Below the pieces are notes generated by a model. The model did not search any database, was not told the DNA's origin, and saw only the letters and a program-made list of their open reading frames with translations. Positions 29,124-38,428 of a DNA stretch of 64,000 nt are shown here, piece by piece. Position numbers and translations under genes: made by a program. Origin of the DNA: Chitinophaga pinensis (GTDB lineage Bacteria; Bacteroidota; Bacteroidia; UKL13-3); NCBI GenBank assembly GCA_945898275.1, contig CAMDHZ010000011.1:31874-95873 (forward strand), written 5' to 3'. Every line of letters starts with the position of its first letter. The first letter of the stretch is position 1.

Positions 29124-30310
29124 TGTTCAAAAAATGAGACTGTACTTCCTACCCAATTCAAGTCTTTGTTAAAATTAACACCAATCATTTTTCCCCTACT
29201 TAAACGTGTTAGCGAAATGGCTAATGTTGGTTTTTCGTCTTCATCTGGCCATAGATACATCATCCTAACTTCACATTTTACACCGCCTTCAGGTGTGTCT
29301 ATGGCTTCAGTATAAGTTACTTTTTTCTGAAGTATCCAATTTTCTGGGTCTTTGATAGACTTGATATCACTTTCTTTTACGTCTATGATGACACCTGCCC
29401 CAGCAAAGCTGAAAAGCGGTTTTAAGACATAGTTTTCTAAATCTTCTGGGATTTCTTTCACATGGTTTAGAAACTGCGTTTCTGGTACAAAGGCATGTTT
29501 TAAAAATGGCATGCTGTATTTACTAATTTGGTAAAACCAATTAGGATGTGAAACCCATTCAACTTCTAAATCATCAAACAAATTTACACGGTAAGTAAAA
29601 TGGGAATTGTTTTGTAAGTCGTCAAAAATTACGCGGTTATAAATTCGTTTTACTTCAACGGTTTTTCCGTTTTTGTAGTAAAACAGTTTTTTTTCTGTTT
29701 GAACCAATTCGCTTAAGCACACTACTTCGATGCCCAAAAGTGCTTGAGTTAGGTGAAAATCTACTCGCGTTTTTTGTTTATGTGGTTCTATTTCTAACAA
29801 GATAACTTCGGATGGATTATGTTCTCCTAAAATAGTTCTACGCAATAATTCTATATAAGAGGTTTGGTTCAAACCGCCCAATAAATGTGTGTATTGAGAA
29901 GTAATGGAGAATTCTTTTTGATATGCATTGCCTAAATAATTCATCCAACCAAACAAGCTGGCAAAGCCTTGCAGTTCTATGAGTTGTGGCTCTAATTCAT
30001 TGTTTAAGTCTCGGCAAATTGCAAAATCTATGCATATAAAATTGCTATGAGAGGAGACGTTTTTTACATTCAAACCTTCTGGTACCGCTTTTTTACTAGC
30101 TTCTAAGAATTCAGCAGTTTGAAGCGTACTAATTATTTCTTGACAAGCGCTTTCTAGTTTTAGTTGTAGTTGTTTTGGAATAAATACCGGACTTTCGGCC
30201 ACTCTAAAATCTATGGAATGCTGGCAATCTTCTTGCAAGCCTTGCAAGAAATTTTCATATTGCTTTCTATCAAAATTAGCATTGATATTATTCCTAAGTG
30301 CTGCTATCAT
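29120..30310 (-). CDS. hypothetical protein, possibly ATP-grasp-like ligase (396 aa)
   Basis: No firm motif. Weak ATP-grasp-like elements (KPLFSFAGAGV, E.RMMYL, MIGVNFNKD). Translationally coupled at both ends (ATGA overlaps) within the GCS2-GATase-X-lpxB operon. Confidence 0.3.
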   Translation of the reverse strand: MIAALRNNINANFDRKQYENFLQGLQEDCQHSIDFRVAESPVFIPKQLQLKLESACQEIISTLQTAEFLEASKKAVPEGLNVKNVSSHSNFICIDFAICRDLNNELEPQLIELQGFASLFGWMNYLGNAYQKEFSITSQYTHLLGGLNQTSYIELLRRTILGEHNPSEVILLEIEPHKQKTRVDFHLTQALLGIEVVCLSELVQTEKKLFYYKNGKTVEVKRIYNRVIFDDLQNNSHFTYRVNLFDDLEVEWVSHPNWFYQISKYSMPFLKHAFVPETQFLNHVKEIPEDLENYVLKPLFSFAGAGVIIDVKESDIKSIKDPENWILQKKVTYTEAIDTPEGGVKCEVRMMYLWPDEDEKPTLAISLTRLSRGKMIGVNFNKDLNWVGSTVSFFEQ

Positions 30311-31128
30311 TTCTTACTCACAATAGGTTGATTTATTTTATCATGGGCATTCCTTAGGAAAACTGGTAACATCAATTGCTGTGTCAATGCTATTTTTTTA
30401 GGGTCTTCCAAACTTTCAACCATATCATTATATTTCTTTAGACCATAGTTTTGTATGACTAACTCTTTTTTCTCTTTTTCTCCTAAATAATGCAACATGC
30501 CTTTGGCATCAGCTTCAGGATGAAATTGTGTACCAAAAATCTCTGGTGTAAATTCAATAGCCATAGTAGCCCTTTCAAAACTTACGTGTGGCCTTTGTTT
30601 TTCAATGGCTAAAATTTTTGCACCTATTTCATCAAGCGCTATTAAATTAGGTTGAATAACTTGCCATTTTCTTGAATCAACAGCGTAAAATGGGTCGGGT
30701 AGGGCAGCTATGATAGCATTTTGCTTTCCTTGTTTTGTGGGATGTATTGGGAAAATCCCAAAGGACTCACTTTGCCTTTTGTTTACCACAGCCAAATTAA
30801 AATGAAAGCACATCAGTTGAAAGCTATGGCAAATTAAGAACAGCCATTTTTTATTTGGTTCAACTAGATTATAAGCTATAATATCTTCCACTAAGCTTTT
30901 CCATGAAGCTTCCCAACCTTCTGCATCTATTGGGCTTCCTGGTCCTCCGCTACTTATGTATATATCAAAGGCTAAGTTAGGAATTTCATTTGCTCCTCTT
31001 ATATCAAATACTTGTTTGTTTACTGTAACGTTATGTGTTAGGGCAAAGGAATCAACCAATTGATGAATATTACGCATCCCTTGGTTAGGCTCCCCTTTGT
31101 ACATGTCTAAGATAGCAACTGATAACAT
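30307..31128 (-). CDS. class I glutamine amidotransferase-like protein (peptidase C26 / PuuD-like)
   Basis: Nucleophile-elbow ICHSFQ and catalytic FGTQFHPE motifs. Confidence 0.7.
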   Translation of the reverse strand: MLSVAILDMYKGEPNQGMRNIHQLVDSFALTHNVTVNKQVFDIRGANEIPNLAFDIYISSGGPGSPIDAEGWEASWKSLVEDIIAYNLVEPNKKWLFLICHSFQLMCFHFNLAVVNKRQSESFGIFPIHPTKQGKQNAIIAALPDPFYAVDSRKWQVIQPNLIALDEIGAKILAIEKQRPHVSFERATMAIEFTPEIFGTQFHPEADAKGMLHYLGEKEKKELVIQNYGLKKYNDMVESLEDPKKIALTQQLMLPVFLRNAHDKINQPIVSKK

Positions 31129-31131
31129 AAT

Positions 31132-32238
31132 TTATATGCCTTGCAAGGTAGTATTGGTAATATAATCTACCAATTCTATCCAGTTTTTATTTTGGTAATA
31201 AACCTTAAGTTGCCTGTCTGCTCCTGTGCCTTGCTCCATCATTCTATGCACATAATTGATATCATCTCTTGAACCCAAATCATCTACCACATCGTCTATA
31301 AAATCAAGTAATTCGAGTATAAGTTCTTTTGTTGGAACTTCGGCTTGCTTGCCAAAATCTATCATTACGCCATCTAATCCATACCTCGAAGCACGCCATT
31401 TGTTCTCTGCAATGAGCGCACGTCTGTAATGAATGAACTCCAAATTTTGTTGCTTAAGCTTGCAAAGTTTGGCACATAAAGCCTGAAAAACTGCTGCAAT
31501 GGCGAGAGTTTCGTCTAGAAGCATCGGGATATCACAAATCCTAAACTCTACAGTGTCAAAAACAGGATGAACCCTTAAATCCCACCAAATTTTCTTAGCA
31601 TTATCTATGCAACCTGTCTTAACCAAAAGCTTTACATAATTGTCATATTCTTCCCAACTTTCAAAGTAATCTGGAATTCCTGTTCTTGGGAATTTATCAA
31701 AAACCTTTGTTCTAAAACTTTTGAAGCCAGTATCTCTGCCTTCCCAAAAGGGAGAGTTAGCCGATAATGCATAAACATGTGGTAAAAAATAGCGCATAGA
31801 ATTAGCAATGTGAATGGCCAATTGTTTATTGGGCATACCCACATGTACATGTAGCCCAAAGATTAAATTGGAACGTGCAGCTTCCTGCATTTCATTTACA
31901 ATTTGGTGGTACCTTGGATTATCCGTAATAAGCTGTGTACTCCAATGACTAAAGGGATGCGTGCCGCTAGCACCAATTGTAAAACCCAAATCATTGGCCA
32001 CAGTATGGATGGTTTTTCTTAGGTTACCTAAATCTTTTCTGGCTTCTGTGGTATTTGCACATATTCCTGTTCCTGCTTCTACAACTGCCTGATGCATCTC
32101 TGCCTTTACTTGGTCGCCTGGTAATATCTTTTCGGCAGCAGTAACTATTTTTTGGTCGTGCGGCGCCAAAGCCCTGGTCTCTGGATTGATAACCATGTAT
32201 TCTTCTTCAATCCCTATGGTAAATTGTTTTAGATCCAT
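31132..32238 (-). CDS. carboxylate-amine ligase, glutamate-cysteine ligase family 2 (YbdK-like)
   Basis: FTIGIEEEYMVINPETRAL... N-terminus and overall GCS2 pattern. Confidence 0.8.
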   Translation of the reverse strand: MDLKQFTIGIEEEYMVINPETRALAPHDQKIVTAAEKILPGDQVKAEMHQAVVEAGTGICANTTEARKDLGNLRKTIHTVANDLGFTIGASGTHPFSHWSTQLITDNPRYHQIVNEMQEAARSNLIFGLHVHVGMPNKQLAIHIANSMRYFLPHVYALSANSPFWEGRDTGFKSFRTKVFDKFPRTGIPDYFESWEEYDNYVKLLVKTGCIDNAKKIWWDLRVHPVFDTVEFRICDIPMLLDETLAIAAVFQALCAKLCKLKQQNLEFIHYRRALIAENKWRASRYGLDGVMIDFGKQAEVPTKELILELLDFIDDVVDDLGSRDDINYVHRMMEQGTGADRQLKVYYQNKNWIELVDYITNTTLQGI

Positions 32239-32268
32239 TGTATTAGGATTTGGAGGTTAAGTTGACTT

Positions 32269-35200
32269 TTAATTTGTAATTTGAATTTTAGAATAGCCAT
32301 TACCACTTGGAATAACTTCTACATGTGTGGCAATCCGTTCTTTAAGTTCTGATAAATGGGAAATTACGCCAATTATTTTACCTTCACTTTGCAAATTAGA
32401 CAAGGCAGAAAGCGCTACATCTAAATAATCCGAGTCTAAGGTTCCAAAACCTTCATCAATAAATAGGGTGTCTATACGCATGTTTTTGCTCGCCATGTTA
32501 GATAGTCCCAATGCCAAGGATAGAGAAACAATAAACTTCTCTCCACCCGAAAGATTCTGGGCAGTACGCTCTTCATTGTTTTGAAATTTATCTACCACAG
32601 ATAATTCAAAGGGATTACTAATTTCTCCTGTTCTTTTGAGTAAGTATCTTTCCGACATTTTTTGCAACTGTTTGTTGGCCAAAGCTATCAAATGTTCAAA
32701 CGTTAAGGCTTGAGCAAAATTGCGATATTTTCTGCCATCACTTGCGCCAATGAGCCTATCTAAATTACTCCATTTATTGCAGGTTTCTTGTTGTTTTACT
32801 TTCTCTTTAAATTTAATTCCTCTTTCCTTTAAAGCCAATGCATTTGCATTTATAGCTTGTTGGTTCGCACCTATTTTTTGCAAAATAAAATCTGAATTTT
32901 GTTTCTTTTCTTTAAGTGTTATTTCAATTTCTTCAATGGCTTTCTCACTTAGTTTTTGAGATTGCTTTGCTATAAGTTCCTTTTCCTTTTCTTTAAAAAT
33001 TGCCTCAATTTTGGTTAACTCTATACTAGCAGTTTGATTTGATTTGTCTGCTTCATCCCTAACAAATTCAGCTTCTTGCAATTGATTTTTAAGCATGCTT
33101 TCTTCTTTATCCACCTGTTTTTCTCCAAATATTTCAAGACGTGCTAGGGTTAAATCTGACTTTTCAATTTCAATCTCTCCTCTTTCTTTTTCTTTCTCTT
33201 TAAGTTGTGATAGGCCATTATTAAAATTATTTTCAAAAATAGTTAGTTGATTGTTTAACGCTTGTTTATCTTTAGTTAATTCTTCAATACTTTTTTGATT
33301 GAATGTCCAATCCTCAAGGCATTTTTTGAGGGATTCGATGGTATCAACCTCATAATATTTTAGCCCATTTAAAAAGGAATTTGCTGCTTGGTTATGCTTT
33401 TCTTGTAGCGTTTTGGCTAATTCATTTTTACTGACAATATCTTGTTCAATTAAACTCAACTGCAACTTTATATCCATCATTCCTTGCTCAGCTTTTTGCC
33501 TTTCTTTTATTAAGATAGGTAGTTGTTGATCGCGTAAGTCAGTTATTTCTTTTTCAATTTCTGTGGCTTTATCAAGGTTGCTTTTTATGTTTTTGAAGTC
33601 GTTTTGTTTGCTAGTTAAAAGAGTTTGAAGAACCTCAATTTTATTTGACGCTTCAGGATAAACAAAACCATGATTTAAGGCTACTAAGGCTTTCTTCTGT
33701 TTTAAAAGATTTTCAATTAACTCCTGCAATTGCTTTTCGGCTTTGGCTTTTAAGGCTATGTTGTTATTTCGGTTTGAACCTACTTCGGCAAGTTTAATTT
33801 CTTGAGTGGATTTAACTTTTGTTTTTTGGTCGAGTTCCGATTTTAGATTAAACAATGCTTGTTCTTGATTTCCGATTGAAGGAATATTTCCTATAGCATA
33901 TGGGTGTTCAATTGCTCCGCAAAGCGGACAGGCCTCACCATCTTTTAGGTGTTGCCTATGTTCTGCCAAACTTAATATGGTTCTATTTAAAAGTATATTT
34001 TCTTCTAAGAGTTTAATTTGTAAATTTAGGTTGGTTATGCTTGTGTTTTCAATTTCAATCTGTCCTTCAAGCAAGTAAGTTTCCTTGTCAAACAAAAGCA
34101 AATTTTGGTCATATTCTGCTGTTTCACCCTGGCTTTTAAGGATTGCCATTTCTGTTTCTATTAAGCCTTTGAGTTCCGTTCCAAAGTTTGTTATTTTCTC
34201 CTTTTCTGATTGTAATTCAGAAAGTTCCTTTCCTGCTAAAACGTTTAGTAATTCTTGTTTTCTTTCCTCAAGCTCCTTGTTCTTTAGGGTTAACCTTTGG
34301 TCACTTGTATGATACGACTCATTCGCTAACGTTGCTTCAACTTTCTTTTGGTTTAAAGTTTGGTTCAACCCAACAATTTCATTGTTTATTTTTGTTAGTG
34401 ATTGGTTTTCCAATTGCAGGGAAAGATGTTCTTTTTCAATTGCAGCAAATTGTGAAAGGAGTGTTTCATATTTTAAATGATTTGCTTTCCAATCCTCTTT
34501 CTCTATAAGTTTTTTATTGGTTAACAGCAGTTGTTCTTTATACTTTTCAATTTTATGTTGAAGGCTTTTATTTTCAATTCCCAAGGATGCAAGCGTGTCC
34601 AAAATTGGTTTTAGTAAATTTTGTCTAATAGCTATTTTAGTATCTAGTTCTCTTACTTGCTTAAAAATTGGTTCATGCTTGCTTAATGTTTCTTTCGATA
34701 TCAACACACTTTTTTCAGCTTGTTCTATCTTACTTTTTGTTCTTTTTGCAATTTCTTCTAGTGCTGGTAAGTTTTGTTTTGCATCTTGAATTTGCTTTTG
34801 TAAAATGCTTAAGTCTAACAGCCATTTTCTTACAGATTCTAAGTTTTGCAACTCTTTCTCTAAATACTTTTTCTCCTTTTCTAATAAACTAATTTCGTTT
34901 TCTAATGTATTAGTTTCTTCATCAGAAAGCACTTTAATTGCTTCTACGGCAAGTAAAATTTTTTCAAGTTTTTCTTTTTCAATTCTGTTGCGTTCAAACA
35001 CTTTCTTAGAAATTTCTCCATAAATTTCTGTTCCAGTTATTTGCTCTAATAACTCACCTTTATCGTTTTTGTCTGCTTGTAGAAAGGCTGCAAAACTTCC
35101 TTGGGCAAGCATAATTACTTTGGTAAATTGCTCAAAACTAAGTCCAATAATTTCAATAATTTTAGTATCACAAGCACGAACTTGGTCGGCAATAATTATT

Positions 35201-35550
35201 CCATCAGCATCTGAAATAATGCGGTTAACTGGTTTTAAGTTTCCAGTTTTTGTTCTCTCTTGCTTCCAAGCGCTTTTCCATATTTTACCTTCAACCTCAA
35301 AGTTGATTTCTGCATAACAATCCTTCTCACCTCTTGTCATTACTGCATTTTCATTGCCCGAAATTTCTACTCTTGGAGTTTTGCCATAAAATGCCAATGC
35401 AATAGCATCTAGTATAGAACTCTTGCCAGCGCCTGTTTTACCAGTAATGGCAAACAAGCCATCATTGGTAAACACGGAATTTGTAAAATCAATTTCATTT
35501 TCTCCTGCAAGGGAATTAATGTTTTTAAATTTAAGTTTTAAAATTCTCAT
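32269..35550 (-). CDS. sbcC: DNA double-strand break repair ATPase SbcC (Rad50-like)
   Basis: N-terminal Walker A (ITGKTGAGKSSILDAI), long coiled coil, zinc hook CPLCG, and C-terminal signature/Walker B (LSGGEKFIVSLSLAL...LFIDEGFGTLD). Confidence 0.9.
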   Translation of the reverse strand: MRILKLKFKNINSLAGENEIDFTNSVFTNDGLFAITGKTGAGKSSILDAIALAFYGKTPRVEISGNENAVMTRGEKDCYAEINFEVEGKIWKSAWKQERTKTGNLKPVNRIISDADGIIIADQVRACDTKIIEIIGLSFEQFTKVIMLAQGSFAAFLQADKNDKGELLEQITGTEIYGEISKKVFERNRIEKEKLEKILLAVEAIKVLSDEETNTLENEISLLEKEKKYLEKELQNLESVRKWLLDLSILQKQIQDAKQNLPALEEIAKRTKSKIEQAEKSVLISKETLSKHEPIFKQVRELDTKIAIRQNLLKPILDTLASLGIENKSLQHKIEKYKEQLLLTNKKLIEKEDWKANHLKYETLLSQFAAIEKEHLSLQLENQSLTKINNEIVGLNQTLNQKKVEATLANESYHTSDQRLTLKNKELEERKQELLNVLAGKELSELQSEKEKITNFGTELKGLIETEMAILKSQGETAEYDQNLLLFDKETYLLEGQIEIENTSITNLNLQIKLLEENILLNRTILSLAEHRQHLKDGEACPLCGAIEHPYAIGNIPSIGNQEQALFNLKSELDQKTKVKSTQEIKLAEVGSNRNNNIALKAKAEKQLQELIENLLKQKKALVALNHGFVYPEASNKIEVLQTLLTSKQNDFKNIKSNLDKATEIEKEITDLRDQQLPILIKERQKAEQGMMDIKLQLSLIEQDIVSKNELAKTLQEKHNQAANSFLNGLKYYEVDTIESLKKCLEDWTFNQKSIEELTKDKQALNNQLTIFENNFNNGLSQLKEKEKERGEIEIEKSDLTLARLEIFGEKQVDKEESMLKNQLQEAEFVRDEADKSNQTASIELTKIEAIFKEKEKELIAKQSQKLSEKAIEEIEITLKEKKQNSDFILQKIGANQQAINANALALKERGIKFKEKVKQQETCNKWSNLDRLIGASDGRKYRNFAQALTFEHLIALANKQLQKMSERYLLKRTGEISNPFELSVVDKFQNNEERTAQNLSGGEKFIVSLSLALGLSNMASKNMRIDTLFIDEGFGTLDSDYLDVALSALSNLQSEGKIIGVISHLSELKERIATHVEVIPSGNGYSKIQITN

Positions 35551-36767
35551 TAATCAGCACCCCCCACATTTAAACTGTCTACAATTTCTCGGTAAGATTC
35601 TATCAAAGTAGTTTTCTGTTCTTCGTTAATGTTGGATTTTTCTAAAAGTTTATTAAATACTTCAGAAGTGTTAAGTTCTTCTAAGGAAAGGGTAGCGTCT
35701 TCTAATGATAAAACTTCATTCATAAATTGTCTGTTTTGAAGTTTTAATACTTCAATATTGCTGTCCTTTATATGTTCATTTACCCAGGTATGAAAATCTG
35801 GAAAAAGTTCATCGCCTTTGTAAATAATTTCTACCCAAACATTACTTTTATCTTGTTTCAATTTTTGAAGGCTTTCCAAAATATTAGCTTTGTTACCCGT
35901 AATTGATGCAAGTTTTTGAAAGACAGGGATCTCAATGGTTTCAATAGTTCTTCCATTATTAAAATCAATTATATAAACGCATTTGCTTTGTTTTGCCTCT
36001 CCAAAACCCATTGGAATAGGGGAACCGCAATACCTAATATGCTCCTTAATAGTTGAAGGAACATGGTAATGTCCTAGTGCGACATAATCAAAAGTGTCAG
36101 GAAAAATATCGCTACCAACAGCTTCTATATTGCCAATGTAAGTTTCGCGCACACCATCATCTTCGTTTCTTTTCCCACCAGCAACAGACAAATGTCCTGT
36201 AGCAATTATGGGTAGGTTTGAACCAATCTCTATCCGTTTTTGAAAAGCCAAGGCTGCTATCGCCTCGTAATGTTTTTTGATGTTTTCGTTGATGCGCTTA
36301 GACCTATCACTATAACTTTCTCCTTCTGCAAACCTACTAATATCCCTTTCTCTTAAAAATGGAACACCACAAACAATTGCAATTGGATTTTCTAGTTGTT
36401 CCTTTATCACAAGAATTTCATCTTCAATATTTTCTGTAGCATTGCCTATTACGCTAACGTTCAGCGCTGCAAGTATTGCTTTAGGAGCATTCAAAAAACT
36501 TGGAGAATCATGATTTCCGCCTACCACAACCACATTTTTACAGGCAGTATGTTTGATTTTTATCAAAAAGTCGTAATACATTTTTTGTGAAGTACTACTT
36601 GGAGATGCTGTGTCAAAAATATCTCCAGCTACCAATAATAAATCTATCTTTTGTGCTTGAATGGTATTGATAAGCCAACTCAAAAATGCTTTGTGTTCCT
36701 CTGTGCGCTCTTTTTTAGCATAGAGTGTTCTGCCTAGGTGCCAATCGGAGGTATGAAGTATTCTCAT
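35550..36767 (-). CDS. sbcD: exonuclease SbcD (Mre11-like)
   Basis: MRILHTSDWHLG... calcineurin-like phosphoesterase motifs (GDIFD, GNHD, GHYH). It overlaps sbcC by 1 nt. Confidence 0.9.
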   Translation of the reverse strand: MRILHTSDWHLGRTLYAKKERTEEHKAFLSWLINTIQAQKIDLLLVAGDIFDTASPSSTSQKMYYDFLIKIKHTACKNVVVVGGNHDSPSFLNAPKAILAALNVSVIGNATENIEDEILVIKEQLENPIAIVCGVPFLRERDISRFAEGESYSDRSKRINENIKKHYEAIAALAFQKRIEIGSNLPIIATGHLSVAGGKRNEDDGVRETYIGNIEAVGSDIFPDTFDYVALGHYHVPSTIKEHIRYCGSPIPMGFGEAKQSKCVYIIDFNNGRTIETIEIPVFQKLASITGNKANILESLQKLKQDKSNVWVEIIYKGDELFPDFHTWVNEHIKDSNIEVLKLQNRQFMNEVLSLEDATLSLEELNTSEVFNKLLEKSNINEEQKTTLIESYREIVDSLNVGGAD

Positions 36768-36818
36768 GTACCCGCAAATTGCGCAAAAAATTTAGCTACT
36801 CAAATTTTAGTTTTGAAC

Positions 36819-37511
36819 CTACAATACATATAGTTTCCAATCAATGGGTTCTAGGTTTTTGCTGACTAACCATTCATTGGTTGCACTAAAATGTTTACAA
36901 TCAAAAAAGCCTTTATGCGCTGAAAGTGGTGAAGGATGTGGTGCTTTTAAGATTAGATGTTTATGTGCATCTATTAAACTTGCTTTACTTTGAGCAAATG
37001 CACCCCAAAGCATAAAACTTACATGGTCTTTTTGCGCACTTATTGTTTTGATTACTTCATCTGTAAACTCTTCCCATCCTTTCTTTTGGTGACTGCCCGC
37101 ATTGCCGGCTTCTACAGTTAAGGTTGCATTCAAAAGCAAAACCCCTCGTTCTGCCCATTTACTTAAATTGCCACTAGCTGGAATCATAAATCCTGGAACA
37201 TCTGCCATACAGGCTTTAAGGATATTTAACAAAGAGGGAGGATAAGGCACGCCATCATTCACAGAAAAACTTAAGCCATGCGCTTGGTTAGGCCCGTGGT
37301 ATGGGTCTTGACCTAAAATAACAACTTTTACATCCTCAAACTTGGTTCTGTTAAACGCCTCGAAAATCAAGGGTCCTGGAGGGTAAATAATTTTACCAGC
37401 TGCCTTTTCTTTCTTTAAGAACTGACTTAAATTTTTAAAAGAAGGAGCCTCAAAAGCTGCTGCTAGTTTTTCTTTCCAAGAATCCTCTATTTTGACTGAA
37501 ACATTTGCCAT
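36819..37511 (-). CDS. ung: uracil-DNA glycosylase
   Basis: VKVVILGQDPYHGPNQAHGLSFSV and HPSPLSA motifs. Start taken at MANVSV (M18 of the ORF-track ORF). Confidence 0.9.
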   Translation of the reverse strand: MANVSVKIEDSWKEKLAAAFEAPSFKNLSQFLKKEKAAGKIIYPPGPLIFEAFNRTKFEDVKVVILGQDPYHGPNQAHGLSFSVNDGVPYPPSLLNILKACMADVPGFMIPASGNLSKWAERGVLLLNATLTVEAGNAGSHQKKGWEEFTDEVIKTISAQKDHVSFMLWGAFAQSKASLIDAHKHLILKAPHPSPLSAHKGFFDCKHFSATNEWLVSKNLEPIDWKLYVL

Positions 37512-37615
37512 AAGTGCCAACCCTTTTTTTATATGAAGCCTTCCAAATTTAATATAAAACAAGTGTTATATTCAAATACCTTGCATTTGTCACGTTTGCA
37601 CTTCACTTTTGCCAT

Positions 37616-38428
37616 ATGGAATTGCAAACACTAATTGAAAATGCTTGGGATAACAGGGCATTGTTAAAAGAAGAAAACACTCGAATTGCTATTGAGAAGG
37701 TTATTGAACAATTAGATAAAGGAACCTTGCGCGTGGCAGAACCTATAAATGATGGCTGGCAGGTTAATGATTGGATAAAAAAGGCAGTAATTCTTTATTT
37801 TCCAATTCGCCAAATGGAAACCATAGAAGTTGGACCAATGGAGTTTCATGATAAAATGGCACTCAAAAAGAATTATGCAGAACTTGGTGTGCGTGTGGTT
37901 CCTCATGGAATTGCGCGTTATGGTGCTTTTTTAGCAAAAGGTGTTATCATGATGCCGAGTTATGTAAATATTGGTGCTTATGTTGATGAAGGCACTATGG
38001 TTGATACTTGGGCAACCGTTGGTTCTTGTGCACAAATAGGAAAAAACGTTCACCTAAGCGGTGGGGTTGGAATTGGTGGTGTGCTAGAACCTGTTCAAGC
38101 CGCGCCTGTAATCATTGAAGATAATTGCTTTATTGGATCAAGATGCATTGTTGTAGAAGGAGTGAGGGTAGAAAAGGAAGCAGTGCTTGGTGCAGGTGTT
38201 ACCTTAACCATGAGCACCAAAATTATTGATGTTACTGGCAACGAACCTGTCGAGTATAAAGGTATTGTTCCCGCGCGTTCTGTTGTAATTCCAGGATCTT
38301 ACACCAAAACATTTGCTGCTGGAGATTTCCAGGTGCCTTGTGCTTTAATTATTGGAAAACGTAAACCAAGCACAGATTTAAAAACATCTTTAAACAATGC
38401 CCTTAGAGAGTATGATGTAGCAGTTTAA
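37616..38428 (+). CDS. dapD: 2,3,4,5-tetrahydropyridine-2,6-dicarboxylate N-succinyltransferase
   Basis: Short DapD-type N-terminal domain plus hexapeptide beta-helix (GAYVDEGTMVDTWATVGSCAQIGKNVHLSGGVGIGGVLEP). Confidence 0.85.
   Translation: MELQTLIENAWDNRALLKEENTRIAIEKVIEQLDKGTLRVAEPINDGWQVNDWIKKAVILYFPIRQMETIEVGPMEFHDKMALKKNYAELGVRVVPHGIARYGAFLAKGVIMMPSYVNIGAYVDEGTMVDTWATVGSCAQIGKNVHLSGGVGIGGVLEPVQAAPVIIEDNCFIGSRCIVVEGVRVEKEAVLGAGVTLTMSTKIIDVTGNEPVEYKGIVPARSVVIPGSYTKTFAAGDFQVPCALIIGKRKPSTDLKTSLNNALREYDVAV

Noticed and set aside
32720-35611. Nine plus-strand ORFs (62-106 aa) antisense to sbcC/sbcD
   Set aside because: They are low-complexity F/L/S-rich translations mirroring the K/E-rich coiled coil of SbcC on the opposite strand. 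They have no start context or motifs, so they are shadows of the real gene.
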